Positions 34,538 through 45,760 of a stretch of DNA of 64,000 nucleotides are shown here, in pieces (positions within the stretch are counted from its first letter, which is position 1; each line of letters starts with the position of its first letter). The notes under the pieces are model-generated. The model saw only the letters and a program-made list of their open reading frames with translations, was not told the DNA's origin and searched no databases. Source of the stretch: Strigamia acuminata (Eukaryota); NCBI GenBank assembly GCA_949358305.1, contig OX442314.1, forward strand, positions 28,768,001 through 28,832,000, read 5' to 3'. Both the position numbers and the translations under genes were made by a program.

Positions 34538-37500
34538 CTACCGCCTCGGAAAATGAACTAACACCATCTCAAATTTTAGATGAATTTTTAAATACACAGA
34601 TTAAATTAGAATTAGAAAATAATTTAATATTTCCAAAAATTGATGTTTCCAGTTTAAGGCTCGTGCTGCAAAATGAAAACATCACTGAAGAATTTTTTAA
34701 AGAAAAAGTTCAACAAATAAAAGTTGATTGGGAATCTAAAATAAAAGATGCTGTTATTTTACTAGATGAAAAAGCTAGGCCAACACCTGAAATTACTGAT
34801 AGATCAGATAAAATTGATTTACCTGGTCTTGACGAATGCATTGAAAAATTAATGGCTACAACGCTAGTCACTAATGATTTATTGGACGAATTACCATTGG
34901 ATCCGCCGATAGAAATTAAGCCACCGCGACGTTTTAAATGCAAGTACGCGGACATACCAAACAGCAATGATTTGCCGACGATTCGATTGCAGACGGCAAA
35001 CGGTATGATAACAGGGATGTTAGACTCTGGAGCTAATCGAAGCTTCATGGCCTACTCCGTAGTAATTTCGCTGAAACTGGAAGATGAAATTCGACCAATT
35101 GGACCGGATGTGAGAGTTACGACTGCTTCAGAAGATGTAGTCCCTGAAGGAACTCTCCTACTTTCTTTTGCGTGGACACACGGGATGTTAAGTCATCCAT
35201 TCATAATTTTAAGAAATAAATATCCTATTATTTTATTAGGATGTGATTTCATGAATCGACTCAATATTCAATCGAATCCTAAGACCATGTCTTGGAATTT
35301 TGTCAAGTCTTTGAAAAAAGATTTACCTTTTGTTCCTCAAGCGATTCTTGATCGTTATCAAGAGTTCCTTGATCCACCCGAAGAAATCATGAAACGCGAC
35401 TTTATTAAAGCAAATCACATGAAAGCTGGTTCCGCCACTGCATGTCAAGCTAAAGTTGCCGATGAAGAAAATATAGTACAAAGACTTGTTAGCGACGCTA
35501 ATTTCTCAATGGAAAATAATTTAATGCTTGAAAAAGTATTAAAGAAACATGAAAAGATTTTATCACGCCGACCAGGTAGAACACACCTCGTTAGGCATGA
35601 AATTAAACTGGACACTAAAGTTCCAATTAGAGTTCCGTTTAAAAGCGTAAATCCACAGAAACGTGAAATTATCCGTCAAATCTGTCAAGATATGTTGGAT
35701 AATGGGTACGTCGAACAAGCCACTGGAGACTATGGAATGCGAATAGTTCTAGTGATGCGTCCGGATTGTGATCCGAGACTCTGCATTGATTTTAGACCAC
35801 TCAATGCACATACATTATACGACCCTCCTCAAATGCCCAGCATTGAGGAAATCTTGCGAGAACTCGGAAGATTTGAATGGGTCACAACGATAGATTTGTC
35901 AAAAGGCTATTGGCAAATAGAGGTTCATCCGAACGACCGTGCTAAAACTGCGTTTTGGAGTCCTTTGGGTCGACTACAGTTTCGAGTCATGCCCTTTGGC
36001 CTCATAAATGCGCCGTCAACTTTTCAAAAGTTGATAGAAAAAATTTTGGGGGATGCCTATCGAAAATTCGCATGGGCATACCTCGATGATATAATTATTA
36101 TATCAAAAAATTTTGAAGAACACATGAGTCATCTAGAAGAAATTCTGAGTAAACTTGAAAATGCAAATCTTCATGTTCATCCAGAAAAATCGAAATTTGG
36201 CAGAAAAGAATTAACTTTCCTTGGTTACAAGTTAAGTGTTCAAGGAGTTAGTGTCGACCCTAAAAAAGTCGCCGCCATTAAAGAAATGCCAGCTCCTTCA
36301 AATTTGAAAGAGTTGCAAAGATTTTTGGGAATGGTGAACTTTTTTCACCGATTACTCAAGAATCTGGCAGTCATGACAGAACCTCTACGTCCTTTACTCA
36401 AAAAGGATGTGGAATTTATTTGGTCAGAAATCCATCAAGAAGCTTTTGATCAAATAAAAGATGCTTTAACGAATGCAGAAACAATGGCCATGCCTGATTT
36501 GACAGAACCATTTATTGTGCATACCGACGCCAGCAGAAAAGGACTAGGCGCCGCGCTTATGCAAATGAGGGAAATTGATGATCAAAATATCGAAGTGCCT
36601 TGTGTTTATGCCAGCAGAAGTTTGCAACCTGCTGAGATAAATTACAGCGCCACAGAATTAGAATGCCTTGCGGTAATCTGGGCATTACGCAAATTCCGAC
36701 ATTACTTGGAATTTACAACATTCATAGTAAGGACTGACCATCAAGCATTAAAATGGTTGATGCAGTTAGACGAACCTGCCGGAAGGCTAGCGCGTTGGCA
36801 AATGGAGCTAATGCGCTACTCTTTCGAAATACAATATATTAAAGGTCCACTAAATGTTTTAGCGGATGCTTTATCCAGATCACCGATTGACAAACCGGAA
36901 AATCCTGAAGATGATGGAGATAATGATGAATTATTATCTTACTGTCCATCACCGCAACGAAATTGGAAAATGGGAAAATTTCATGAACTTCCTGTCTCCA
37001 CGCTGGAGGAAAAGGAAGATCACGAATTCGTCAACTACTGGACTAAAATTTATGACCCCTCTGAGGAATCAGATGACGTCATAAAAGCGCAAATTTCAAG
37101 GAAATTTCAAGTTCCTTCGTCAAATGTTTTAATAAAAGCATTTGTCGCCAAAATTGTAGAACGTCTTGATTGTGAACCTCCCACAAGGGAAGACATAATT
37201 AAGGCCCAAAAAGAAGATAAAGTTTGCCAATTAATGCGTAATTTTTTAAATTGTAATCAATTTCCGCCTGACGTCACAACGCGACTCCAGAGGAAACAAT
37301 ACAGAAAACACGCAACCACCTTCTTAATTGAAGATGACTTATTAATGCAATTTCATCCCACAATGTCTGATGAATTGGGGGAGGATGGGAGAGCACTCAA
37401 AGTTTTTGTACCTCAGTCATTGAAGTATAAAATTATTTGGCTAATGCATGGCCACCCACTTTCTGGCCACCCAGGAATTGCAAGGACTCTTTATCGAGCA

Positions 37501-38973
37501 CGCCGAATTTATACCTGGAAAGGCATGAAATCGGACATTACGAGATTCATTCGACATTGCGAGCGTTGTCAAGCTTGCAAACCTCGAACGAAAGGACAAA
37601 TTGAAGCAGCGCAAATGGGTCCTTACAGCCCATTTGACTGTCTAAGTGTTGATTTGACCGGCCCGAAACCTCGGACGCGCAAAAACAACACACATATTTT
37701 AGTCATACTTGACGTGGCAACTCATTGGCCAGAATTATATCCAATGTGTAACCCCACTGCTGGAAAAGTAGCAAATTGCATTTATCACCTTTCCATGAGC
37801 ATGGGATTCCCTCGTAAAATTATTTCTGACAACGGCCCGCAATTTCGTGCCCAAGTCTTTAAAAAATTTTGTGAAAAGTTCAAGATGGTTCCAACACCAA
37901 CTTCAACGTATCACCCACAAGCTAACCCGGTTGAAAGGGTTAACCGTGACATCAAATATTTGGTTGCAATTTATTCATCTGTTCATTCCAAATGGGACGA
38001 ATATTTGCGTGAATTTGCATTTAGTTTGAGAACTACGGTGACGAGAGGAAGAGACTTCTCTCCCGCATTTCTTAACTTTTTTCGCGAACTCAGAGTACCT
38101 TGGGATCCAAGAATACCTGAAGGAATTTTGGTCGTAGATCCAAAAAACCCACATTTATACGTGCAAAAATTAGAAGCCGTTATCGCCGAAACATATCAGC
38201 ACATGATGTCACACGTGTTAGATTTGCGTAGACGAGTTAATCTTAAAAAAGAAGGTGAGAAGTTCTCCAATTTTAAATTAAACGATTTAGTTTGGAGAGA
38301 TTCTCATGTTTTGTCGAGCGCTGCCCGCGGCATTGCAGCTGGCATCGCTGATAAAAGAACAGGACCTTATGTAATAACCAAAGTATTACAGGGAGGATCG
38401 GTGGAATTGAGAAAGCTGGTAAACAACGAAATATTTCCAGCTGTCCATTCGTCTGAATTAACTCCGTATTTCCCGAGTTTCGATCAGGAAGTATGGTTAG
38501 AAGGCGAGGAAGTCGGTCAAAAGACTGAAAATATAATTAACACGTTAGATGACGATGAATTAAAGAAAATACCTGTCGATAATTCATCCAAACCACAAAT
38601 GGAGTCAGACCTTGTGAATAACGACGTTGAACTTCGTGACAGTTTCAAAAAGCTTGAAATTGCTAAAAAATTAAATAAAAAGGTGTTTTTAGAAAAGAAA
38701 CAAAAAACATCTGAAATAAAAGACTCATCTGACTCAGTCTCCGATGACAATGAAGACGGCGATTTAAATACAATAAATCCCTCGCCGACAAAGAGATATA
38801 ATCTTTGGACTCGTAAACCGAGAGGAAAAAACAACATGTGTCTTCTCCCCTCGATAACCTCGAGATCCAGGGATCAGCCGTATGACGTAAGGAGCAATTC
38901 CCCAAGCCATACGCAAACCAATCAAACAATAAGATTGGATGACGTCACTAACCGCGACGTTACCCAAACGTAA
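34525..38973 (+). CDS. pol: Pol polyprotein of element B (protease, RT, RNase H, integrase)
   Basis: MLDSGA, LCIDFRPLN, YLDD, TDAS, HHCC, SDNGPQF, VERVNR, GPY; uninterrupted 1482 aa. Confidence 0.97.
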   Translation: MDATPTASENELTPSQILDEFLNTQIKLELENNLIFPKIDVSSLRLVLQNENITEEFFKEKVQQIKVDWESKIKDAVILLDEKARPTPEITDRSDKIDLPGLDECIEKLMATTLVTNDLLDELPLDPPIEIKPPRRFKCKYADIPNSNDLPTIRLQTANGMITGMLDSGANRSFMAYSVVISLKLEDEIRPIGPDVRVTTASEDVVPEGTLLLSFAWTHGMLSHPFIILRNKYPIILLGCDFMNRLNIQSNPKTMSWNFVKSLKKDLPFVPQAILDRYQEFLDPPEEIMKRDFIKANHMKAGSATACQAKVADEENIVQRLVSDANFSMENNLMLEKVLKKHEKILSRRPGRTHLVRHEIKLDTKVPIRVPFKSVNPQKREIIRQICQDMLDNGYVEQATGDYGMRIVLVMRPDCDPRLCIDFRPLNAHTLYDPPQMPSIEEILRELGRFEWVTTIDLSKGYWQIEVHPNDRAKTAFWSPLGRLQFRVMPFGLINAPSTFQKLIEKILGDAYRKFAWAYLDDIIIISKNFEEHMSHLEEILSKLENANLHVHPEKSKFGRKELTFLGYKLSVQGVSVDPKKVAAIKEMPAPSNLKELQRFLGMVNFFHRLLKNLAVMTEPLRPLLKKDVEFIWSEIHQEAFDQIKDALTNAETMAMPDLTEPFIVHTDASRKGLGAALMQMREIDDQNIEVPCVYASRSLQPAEINYSATELECLAVIWALRKFRHYLEFTTFIVRTDHQALKWLMQLDEPAGRLARWQMELMRYSFEIQYIKGPLNVLADALSRSPIDKPENPEDDGDNDELLSYCPSPQRNWKMGKFHELPVSTLEEKEDHEFVNYWTKIYDPSEESDDVIKAQISRKFQVPSSNVLIKAFVAKIVERLDCEPPTREDIIKAQKEDKVCQLMRNFLNCNQFPPDVTTRLQRKQYRKHATTFLIEDDLLMQFHPTMSDELGEDGRALKVFVPQSLKYKIIWLMHGHPLSGHPGIARTLYRARRIYTWKGMKSDITRFIRHCERCQACKPRTKGQIEAAQMGPYSPFDCLSVDLTGPKPRTRKNNTHILVILDVATHWPELYPMCNPTAGKVANCIYHLSMSMGFPRKIISDNGPQFRAQVFKKFCEKFKMVPTPTSTYHPQANPVERVNRDIKYLVAIYSSVHSKWDEYLREFAFSLRTTVTRGRDFSPAFLNFFRELRVPWDPRIPEGILVVDPKNPHLYVQKLEAVIAETYQHMMSHVLDLRRRVNLKKEGEKFSNFKLNDLVWRDSHVLSSAARGIAAGIADKRTGPYVITKVLQGGSVELRKLVNNEIFPAVHSSELTPYFPSFDQEVWLEGEEVGQKTENIINTLDDDELKKIPVDNSSKPQMESDLVNNDVELRDSFKKLEIAKKLNKKVFLEKKQKTSEIKDSSDSVSDDNEDGDLNTINPSPTKRYNLWTRKPRGKNNMCLLPSITSRSRDQPYDVRSNSPSHTQTNQTIRLDDVTNRDVTQT

Positions 38974-39183
38974 CTTCCGGTATTTGAACTGATCACTTCG
39001 CGTCTGAGTTCACTTCGATCTCACACGTGTGCTAAGTGCTCATCCCCAAAAAACCAAAAGCGAAACAACTGGATTATTTCAACGGGATTCTTCAATTGTA
39101 AGTAGTTTTTTCTTTGGAATTTTCCAAGGAAAAACTAATAAATTAATTTTCGTTTTTCTTTTCCATTTGGATTAGTCGTTCAA

Positions 39184-42015
39184 ATGGAAGGAGAGGAACC
39201 GAAAGAAGGAAGCGAAGCCGGCGCCAACAGCCTCGAATTAGAAACAAATTCGACGCTGCTTGGTTCCGCAAATACTTCGACATCCGTGGATGTCACCGAA
39301 GAGTCCGCCGAAGCGTCCGCTGAAGCTCAAGCCGCTCTGGCCGACGCTGCTGCCCGTTTGCCAGTCACGCCGCCCCAGCCCCGACTACGAGGAGGCCTAT
39401 TCGCCGATCCAAACGGCGAAACTCGTGCACAGAGACACGACCGGGTAAATAATTTAAAATAAAATTACCTTTCAGTCATGAAAAGTAATTAAAAGTGCAT
39501 TTTCACTCAGAAAAAGCAAAAAGTTCGTTGGTAACGCCTTCGCAAGAAGGCGCCGCCATTATTATCATCAGATGGCGCTGTGTCTCGTTTTTGAGGCGTT
39601 GCTACGGTAACGCTCCAACATTGAAACATGGCCGTCGGAAACAACGTTTTTCACGATTTTTCAAATATTTTGAAAAATTTAACGAATCTAAACCGTCGAA
39701 TGAAATCTCACCCGTGATTTTATTCACTGAAAATTCGGAAATAATTATTTTACACGAAAAAATGGATTTTAATTATTTCTTTGAATATTTTACAGATCAT
39801 CCAGCTTCGGGAGACGCATCTCGAACTGCACCCCGATGTTCCGACAGCTCCTGGTGTCTGGCGACACGCTTTGCCACCGGAGATCATAAAGTCTAAAGGA
39901 CGATTGACGTTTTGGGCGGCCCGCCACAAATTCTCCAAAGCCTTAAACAAGCGATGGGGAACGAAGTTTTGGATCGCCTATTTAATCGATGGATTTGGTC
40001 ATCGCGACGCCCTCGAATGGGCAATAAAGCGCGACACCTTCGGACCACTACGAAACGTGTTGCTCGACTTCGCCTTCGTAGTGATCGCTCAAGAAACGCG
40101 AGACCATCGCCGTTACTTCAACGCTCCTGCGTGGGAGCGTCGACAGATTCTAGAGGACATTTTCCAACGCTTGGACCAAACCAAAGCCGAGGTTGTGCGC
40201 CTCTACCACGAATCTTTCCGTGTAACCACAGACGGAAAGAAACGTTGGGTGCCGACATGCCAGTCGGAAATGCATCAACTAGCCATGGGCGGATGTTTCC
40301 ATGCTGATTTCGTGCCAAACCCGTATCCAGAGCCTGAGCCCCGGGTACAGGTCGCTTCCACCATCCACGTGGTGCCACCGCGCTCCACGTCGAGGTCACG
40401 ATCATCGAGGTCGCCCTACAGTGGCCGTCGCTCCTCCCCAACACAGTCGTCGGGGGAAGGCGCCATTGGAGGGTTACCTCCACTCCAGAAGGCTCGTCAT
40501 CGCTCACATCACCGACGCGAGTCGACGCCGCCAAAAAGACATTCAAAGTCCGTTTCGAGACACTCGTCCCGAAGCCGACCTCGAGTGCAATCGCGCCAAT
40601 CTTCCACGAGGAGTTCACTCTCGTCGCGTGAAGAACGATCCAACGCTTCACAGCTTAACGCTTCCTCCTCCGGTCGGATTGACTGGTCGGACGAGATAGC
40701 GAAAGAAGATCAACGCATCGCCGCATTGCAAGCCGGTCAAGGAGACGTCAACACCTCTTTGCCGTTCGCTTGCCGTCCAGTCACCAGCGACATGCGACCA
40801 GACCTATCAGTGCCCGTGCCACAAGTGACATCGGTCATCCGTTTTGAGGGATACGTCTCTCAAGAACCATTTCCCGCACAGGAGTGCGCTGATCTCTGGA
40901 GGCGATTCTCATCGTTTCCCCAGACAGCCCAAGCAATGTACCTCGCACATCTGGACGAATACCAACTCGCTCAGATCCGCGAAGGTGAGAAGGAGTGGCA
41001 ATGGCTTGCGCGACAGCTTGCGTCGTGCAAGTTTGACAAGCAACTGCAACGGACGCTGCAGAAGATGAACAGGAAGTTGTCGGAGGGACTTCTTCGAATC
41101 CTGTTCCAAGGAGTCTTTCCCGACCCACAGATTGCTCTGGTGGCCGCCACTCGATTGTGGACCGTGCCGTTAGGGCTTCCACGAGCCTTGCTGGACGATT
41201 GGGAGTCAGTTCGCCCCGATCCTCCAACGATGCTCGCCGAATTGACGCAACAAGCCGAGGCGACTGGCGAAACTCCGGCTGGATCCGCCATTCGACTACG
41301 GCAGGAATGGGCTACACTGAAGCAGCAGCGCGCAACGGAACGAGCCACCGCCCGTCCCGCTGGCGCACCACCGTCATCCGCAGCTCCACTCCACGCTGCC
41401 ATCACGGCAACGTCGAGTGTTTCCTGTGCAACCGAGGCACCGAGTTGCAACATCTCGTCTCCGATGGAGTGGCTCGACAGCGACGATCGCGAGTTCGTCG
41501 TGCCTGTGGCCAGCGGTGCCAGACCAAAGACGCGCACCCCGGCTTCGCGCAGATCCAGATCCCTCTCGATCTGCAAAAAGTCGCCGCCACCACCGCCACC
41601 GCCAAAGGATTCGCCACCGAGAGATAGGGGATCAAAGATGGCCACCTACCTCACCGCCTATCAACGTTTGCGCTCATTATACGCCTTTTGCTACATAACG
41701 AGCGCGACGAAAACGATTCTCCAGAACAGCGAGGATTTATGCAACCGAGTCCTCGCGTGGCTGGAAAACCACATCAAGGAACAACAGCCGTGGATCCTAC
41801 ATCAACGCCTGGTGTTCGCCCGAATTACGCCTCAAGACCTGCAGGAGTATTTCGAGATGGGTTTTGGACGAAGGGATGGTGTGGACCGCATAAAGCAAGT
41901 GTGGCTCCACATCAACCCTGGTTTCCGGTCAGGACCAAACGCCGGCCGATCTTTGTGCACCGTCACAGAGCACAAAGATCCAAACGATCATTCAACGGAC
42001 ATGTTGCCTAAATAA
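39184..42015 (+). CDS. Spliced ORF3 of element B, unknown function (join 39184-39444, 39796-42015; ~826 aa)
   Basis: An ATG exon of 87 codons ends at CGG|GTAAAT. Acceptor atattttacag|ATC at 39795 is in frame with ORF 39781-42015. A further 5'UTR intron candidate lies at 39098-39175 (GTAAGT...pyrimidine tract...TTAG). Confidence 0.8.
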
Positions 42016-42187
42016 TTAGGGAACATGCCCATTCATTGAAAATAATTCCTTTTTTATTTTTTTTTACTGTAATAAAAAAGAATAAATATCCTGTTCCATT
42101 TCTACTTTGAAACCTTGTGTATTTATTCCTATACTTACCTGTCTCTTTTTGGAAAAGAATAAGATTCTTTCTTAAAAGGGGGGGAAG

Positions 42188-43252
42188 TGTGGTGACCTCA
42201 AATATTCCTATTTGAGTGCGCACCATATTTCCAAATTGTCTTATAAACATATTCAACAAGCTTATATGTTTTGTTTCAATGTAAATTGAAATAAAATATA
42301 TATTAATCAAATATAAAACAAGACACAATATTACCCAAATAATATTGTGTTTTGCAGCAAGTTTTGGCCCAGCAACAGCGTCAACCAATCGCGCTGCAGC
42401 GTGCATTGCTTTGATGATGCTGCTAGGCGTGTGCCTGGGCGGAGCATCCCTTCCCCTCGCGCGTGCCCGGCTCAATTGTTGCACACGACCCGAAGGCGGC
42501 CGTGTGTGATCTTTGTGCAACTCGTCATCTGCGCAGCTTTTCTGAGCAGATTCAGGAGTGAGCCAAACGGTTTTGGCCCACTCTTCCCGCATTCTTGATT
42601 CTGCTTCCAAACCATTCACATCTGTGTCAAACTTATGCCAACCATTGCTAAGTGTGATCTGTGATATCTGGAAGAGTTGAGATTCATTGCTGGTCCGTGC
42701 CAACTGTACGGAATAGCGCCCTTCTGCTTGAATTACTACGCGTAATTTAAGCCATTTCTGTGTGGGAATTGACATTGAGCTTGCTCTGTCAATTTGAAGG
42801 CTTTGTGTCGAGTTTAACTCCACAAAGCAATTTGTGTAAAGACCGATTGTTACGTCGAGCTTGCTCCGTAATAATCGAATCGCTGTGTGCAAGACGTATT
42901 CTCGTGTCGAGCGTGCTCCACGAGGATTTTTAGTATATTCAGCAACGTATTTTAGCGTCGAGTTTACTCCGCTAAAATCCCGCGCTCACACGACGCCGTC
43001 GACGCCATCTTGGAGCCAACGGTCAACTGTGAGTGTATATTTGAAGAAGAAGCCAGATCGACCCCAAACATTTTGAATAATACCTCCTTTGTATTTTGAA
43101 CAATTAAAGCTATCTAATTTTTCCTTTACTCTGTGTAAAATCATTCCCCTAGACAAACATTTGGCCACAGAGTAGAAGTCCTGTACGGCATCTCTACGAC
43201 GATTACTTGATAAGTCTCCTCGATTTATTAAGTAAAAACCCGGATCGCCGCA
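42188..43252 (+). repeat. Element B 3' LTR
   Basis: Direct repeat of 30450-31514, followed by TSD AGTA. Confidence 0.96.
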
Positions 43253-43256
43253 AGTA

Positions 43257-43565
43257 GCAATCGAAATGTTCGAAAATGTTAAACCTTGCCACTGTAAACG
43301 TAAATGTAACGAGATCAAATACACATTGAATAAGGAAACGGAAGCAAAAAATTATAACCTAAACAAAACGGGGTTGAATTTCCTTTTTGCAGCTAAAACA
43401 CACGAAACGATTATAGAGCGACAAATGTTCTCGCTTTCAGCTTTGTTCAGTGAAATTGGTGGAACCCTCGGTCTATACCTTGGCATCAGCATTTTCACAA
43501 TTGTTGATCTCATTAGCTTTCTCGTCCGACTTTCATTTTCCAAGTTTAAAGACTTTATAAAATAA
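43257..43565 (+). CDS. DEG/ENaC disrupted copy, distal part of last exon (Cys-rich region end, TM2)
   Basis: PCHCKRKCNEIKY...LFSEIGGTLGLYLGIS. Rejoins 30368-30449 in frame (GWQVAIEMFE) when B and one TSD copy are removed. Confidence 0.88.
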   Translation, partial: AIEMFENVKPCHCKRKCNEIKYTLNKETEAKNYNLNKTGLNFLFAAKTHETIIERQMFSLSALFSEIGGTLGLYLGISIFTIVDLISFLVRLSFSKFKDFIK

Positions 43566-43845
43566 TGAAAACCACTTTAGTTAAAGTTTGAGAAGTCAAT
43601 CGCTGCTCTTAAAGGTCATGGGAAGAAAAAAATAAAAATTGAGGAGAAGATTATTTATGTCATTATTAGACCAAATCCATTGTTTATACGTGTTCAATTG
43701 TTTCGAGATTGTTATATCGTTCGTTTAAACGTTGGAAAATTCTCAAATGTCCTCCATTTTTAGTTTTCGAAAGTTTCCAAAAGTTGCCGTTGGTGGCGCT
43801 TCTTATGACGTCATTGGCGACAAATAAGCAGCTTTTTAGCATGAG

Positions 43846-44010
43846 CTTGGCTTCATTTAAGAGCTACGAAATTTTTTTTCCAAATTTGACAATACTGTTA
43901 CGTTATTGGGATTTTAATATTCAGTAAATATTCCAATTTGCTATTTGGTGCGTGTGTATAGGTTCAAAAGAACTAATAATAAATTTTCGTAGCTCTTAAA
44001 TGAAGCCAAG
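43846..44010. mobile_element. Small MITE
   Basis: TIR CTTGGCTTCATTTAAGAGCTACGAAA / TTTCGTAGCTCTTAAATGAAGCCAAG. Confidence 0.65.
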
Positions 44011-44045
44011 TAAACATCTGTAATGCAGGGAAGCATTACATATAA

Positions 44046-44346
44046 AGGCTCGTTTATATTGTTGCGAAATTTAGCACGCAAAATGGTCGCACCCAAAAAT
44101 TCACACGAAAAAATTTGCTTCTCATGTTCTCAATGAAGCAAAGAGAAGTGATAAAGTTGGTTACGACATATGCTATCTCATCTGTCATTGGCCAACGCGT
44201 GCAAACTTTCCAAGCAAATCAAAAAAGTAGACTTCAAGTCTACTCTGAAATTTCGCGTGCGCAGGGTTGCCACACAAACTTTCACGCGCGAAATTGTGGC
44301 GTTCGCATCAATTCGAACGCAATTTCGCAACAATGTAAACGAACCT
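44046..44346. mobile_element. PIF/Harbinger-like MITE
   Basis: TIR AGGCTCGTTTATATTGTTGCGAAATT / AATTTCGCAACAATGTAAACGAACCT with TAA/TTA flanks. Confidence 0.65.
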
Positions 44347-44622
44347 TTAGACTTCTAAACCCTGTCCCTCTGTCCGATTGAAATTCTCTGAAAATATCTT
44401 TAATTTCAATTTTTTTTTCTAAAGAATTTATATGGAAATTATAAATGTCTCCAGAGAATTTCTGGGGAAATATCTGTAATTTCCTTAGAAATAACATAGA
44501 AATTTCCAGAGATTTTCTCTGAAGATGACCACATGTTTAATTTTTTTATTTAATTTTTTTTTTTTTTAATTTTTTTTTTTTAATTTTTTTTTTTAATTTT
44601 TTTTTTTTAATTTTTTTTTTTT

Positions 44623-44985
44623 TATAAGTTTCCGTTTTCCGGGATTTAACTCGTCGCAAATGCGCGATGTAGAGGTCACGCAGAAAGTCTGTCTGCCCCA
44701 AGTATATTCCATGAAAATTACGGAAATGGCGTCATGATGACGTTATTTCCGTAATTTTCATGAAATAAAACGGCTAAAACTGCACTAAAACCGGTTTATT
44801 AATTCAACCGGAGGTCGGAGAAATCTGATTACACCTTAAGTTACTAATATAGGTATGGTGAATTTAATGCCGTTGTCCGTTTGGCTCTAGCGGCTATAGT
44901 TTTTGCGGAATCGTTGACGACGAACGGACAGACGGACAGACAGAGCCGTTTCATGAGACTTTCTAAACATAAAGTTTAGAAGTTT
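44623..44985. mobile_element. Possible Helentron-associated (DINE-1/HINE-like) repeat
   Basis: Starts in a T-run, has a GACGGACA microsatellite at ~44924-44943 and a terminal hairpin TTCTAAAC-ATAAA-GTTTAGAA. Confidence 0.35.
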
Positions 44986-45760
44986 AAAAGCTGTTTGTTT
45001 GTAGTCGATGACGTCATAAAAAGCGCCACCAACGGCAACTTTTGGAAACTTTCGAAAACTAAAAATGGAGGACATTTGAGAATTTTCCAACGTTTAAACG
45101 AACGATATAACAATCTCGAAACAATTGAACACGTATAAACAATGGATTTGGTCTAATAATGACATAAATAATCTTCTCCTCAATTTTTATTTTTCTTTTC
45201 CCATGACTTTTAAGAAACGAAAAGCTCCATTTGAAAGTGTAAAGTCTTAGGCCAATTATTTTAGAAATATCTGAAGTTAATATGTTGTACCTAATACAGT
45301 AAGTTGCACTGTGGTAACGTGTATCGTATATACTGCAAAACGTCATCTGACACGAGGAATAACCTAGCTCAAAATGTCTACTGACAAGGAAATCAATGCA
45401 ACTTATCCACTCTGTGTTTAGAATTGATGTACTTTCAGCAGATATGTTCACAGGGTGCCTTGCTCATTACTGTGTAGAGTGTATACACCCAAAGTACAGT
45501 ACTTATACTGTATATTCTTATGTTGTTGTAGTGTGTATAACCATATACTGTATTGATCAATTTTTTGAAACTGATTGTCGTACATGATTTTTTGCATTTT
45601 TTCCCATTTGGGCAGACTTCACTGCATTTTGCTCATTTCTTAAAACGCCAATTAGAAATTTCTTAATATATTGGTAGTATACTTGTACGTTAAAAATTTT
45701 ATGCTTTTTTGTTCAACTAGTCCTTTTCATTGAATATTCTCAAATTTTATCTCTTTGTAT

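Larger units (their letters stand above)
30450..43252 (+). mobile_element. Full-length Ty3/Gypsy LTR retrotransposon B (gag, pol, spliced ORF3), potentially active
   Basis: 1065-bp LTRs with one difference seen (30822 A / 42560 G), TSD AGTA (30446-30449 / 43253-43256), PBS 31517-31534, PPT AAAAGGGGGGGAAG 42174-42187, intact ORFs. Confidence 0.97.
5552..43565 (+). pseudogene. DEG/ENaC (pickpocket/ASIC-like) channel gene disrupted by LTR elements A and B
   Basis: Exons 5552-5951, 6703-6776+27971-27999 (split by A), 29729-29817, 29882-29986, 30196-30302, 30368-30449+43257-43565 (split by B). GT-AG boundaries, and internal exon lengths (103, 89, 105, 107 nt) equal those of the paralog at 58677-60636. 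TM1 FFKLVWFLLVVACSTACLLQIY, TM2 LFSEIGGTLGLYLGISIFTIVD. The start codon/upstream exon is uncertain. Confidence 0.9.
43613..45209. mobile_element. Non-autonomous DNA transposon with ~225-bp TIRs and TTAA flanks (Kolobok-like), containing nested MITEs
   Basis: TTAA|AGGTCATGGGAA... and ...TTCCCATGACTT|TTAA; 43613-43837 is the reverse complement of ~44986-45209. Confidence 0.75.

Noticed and set aside
17151..42011. Many short overlapping or antisense ORFs within gag, pol and ORF3
   Set aside because: Shadow ORFs of GC-richer coding sequence; no motifs and not conserved between A and B.
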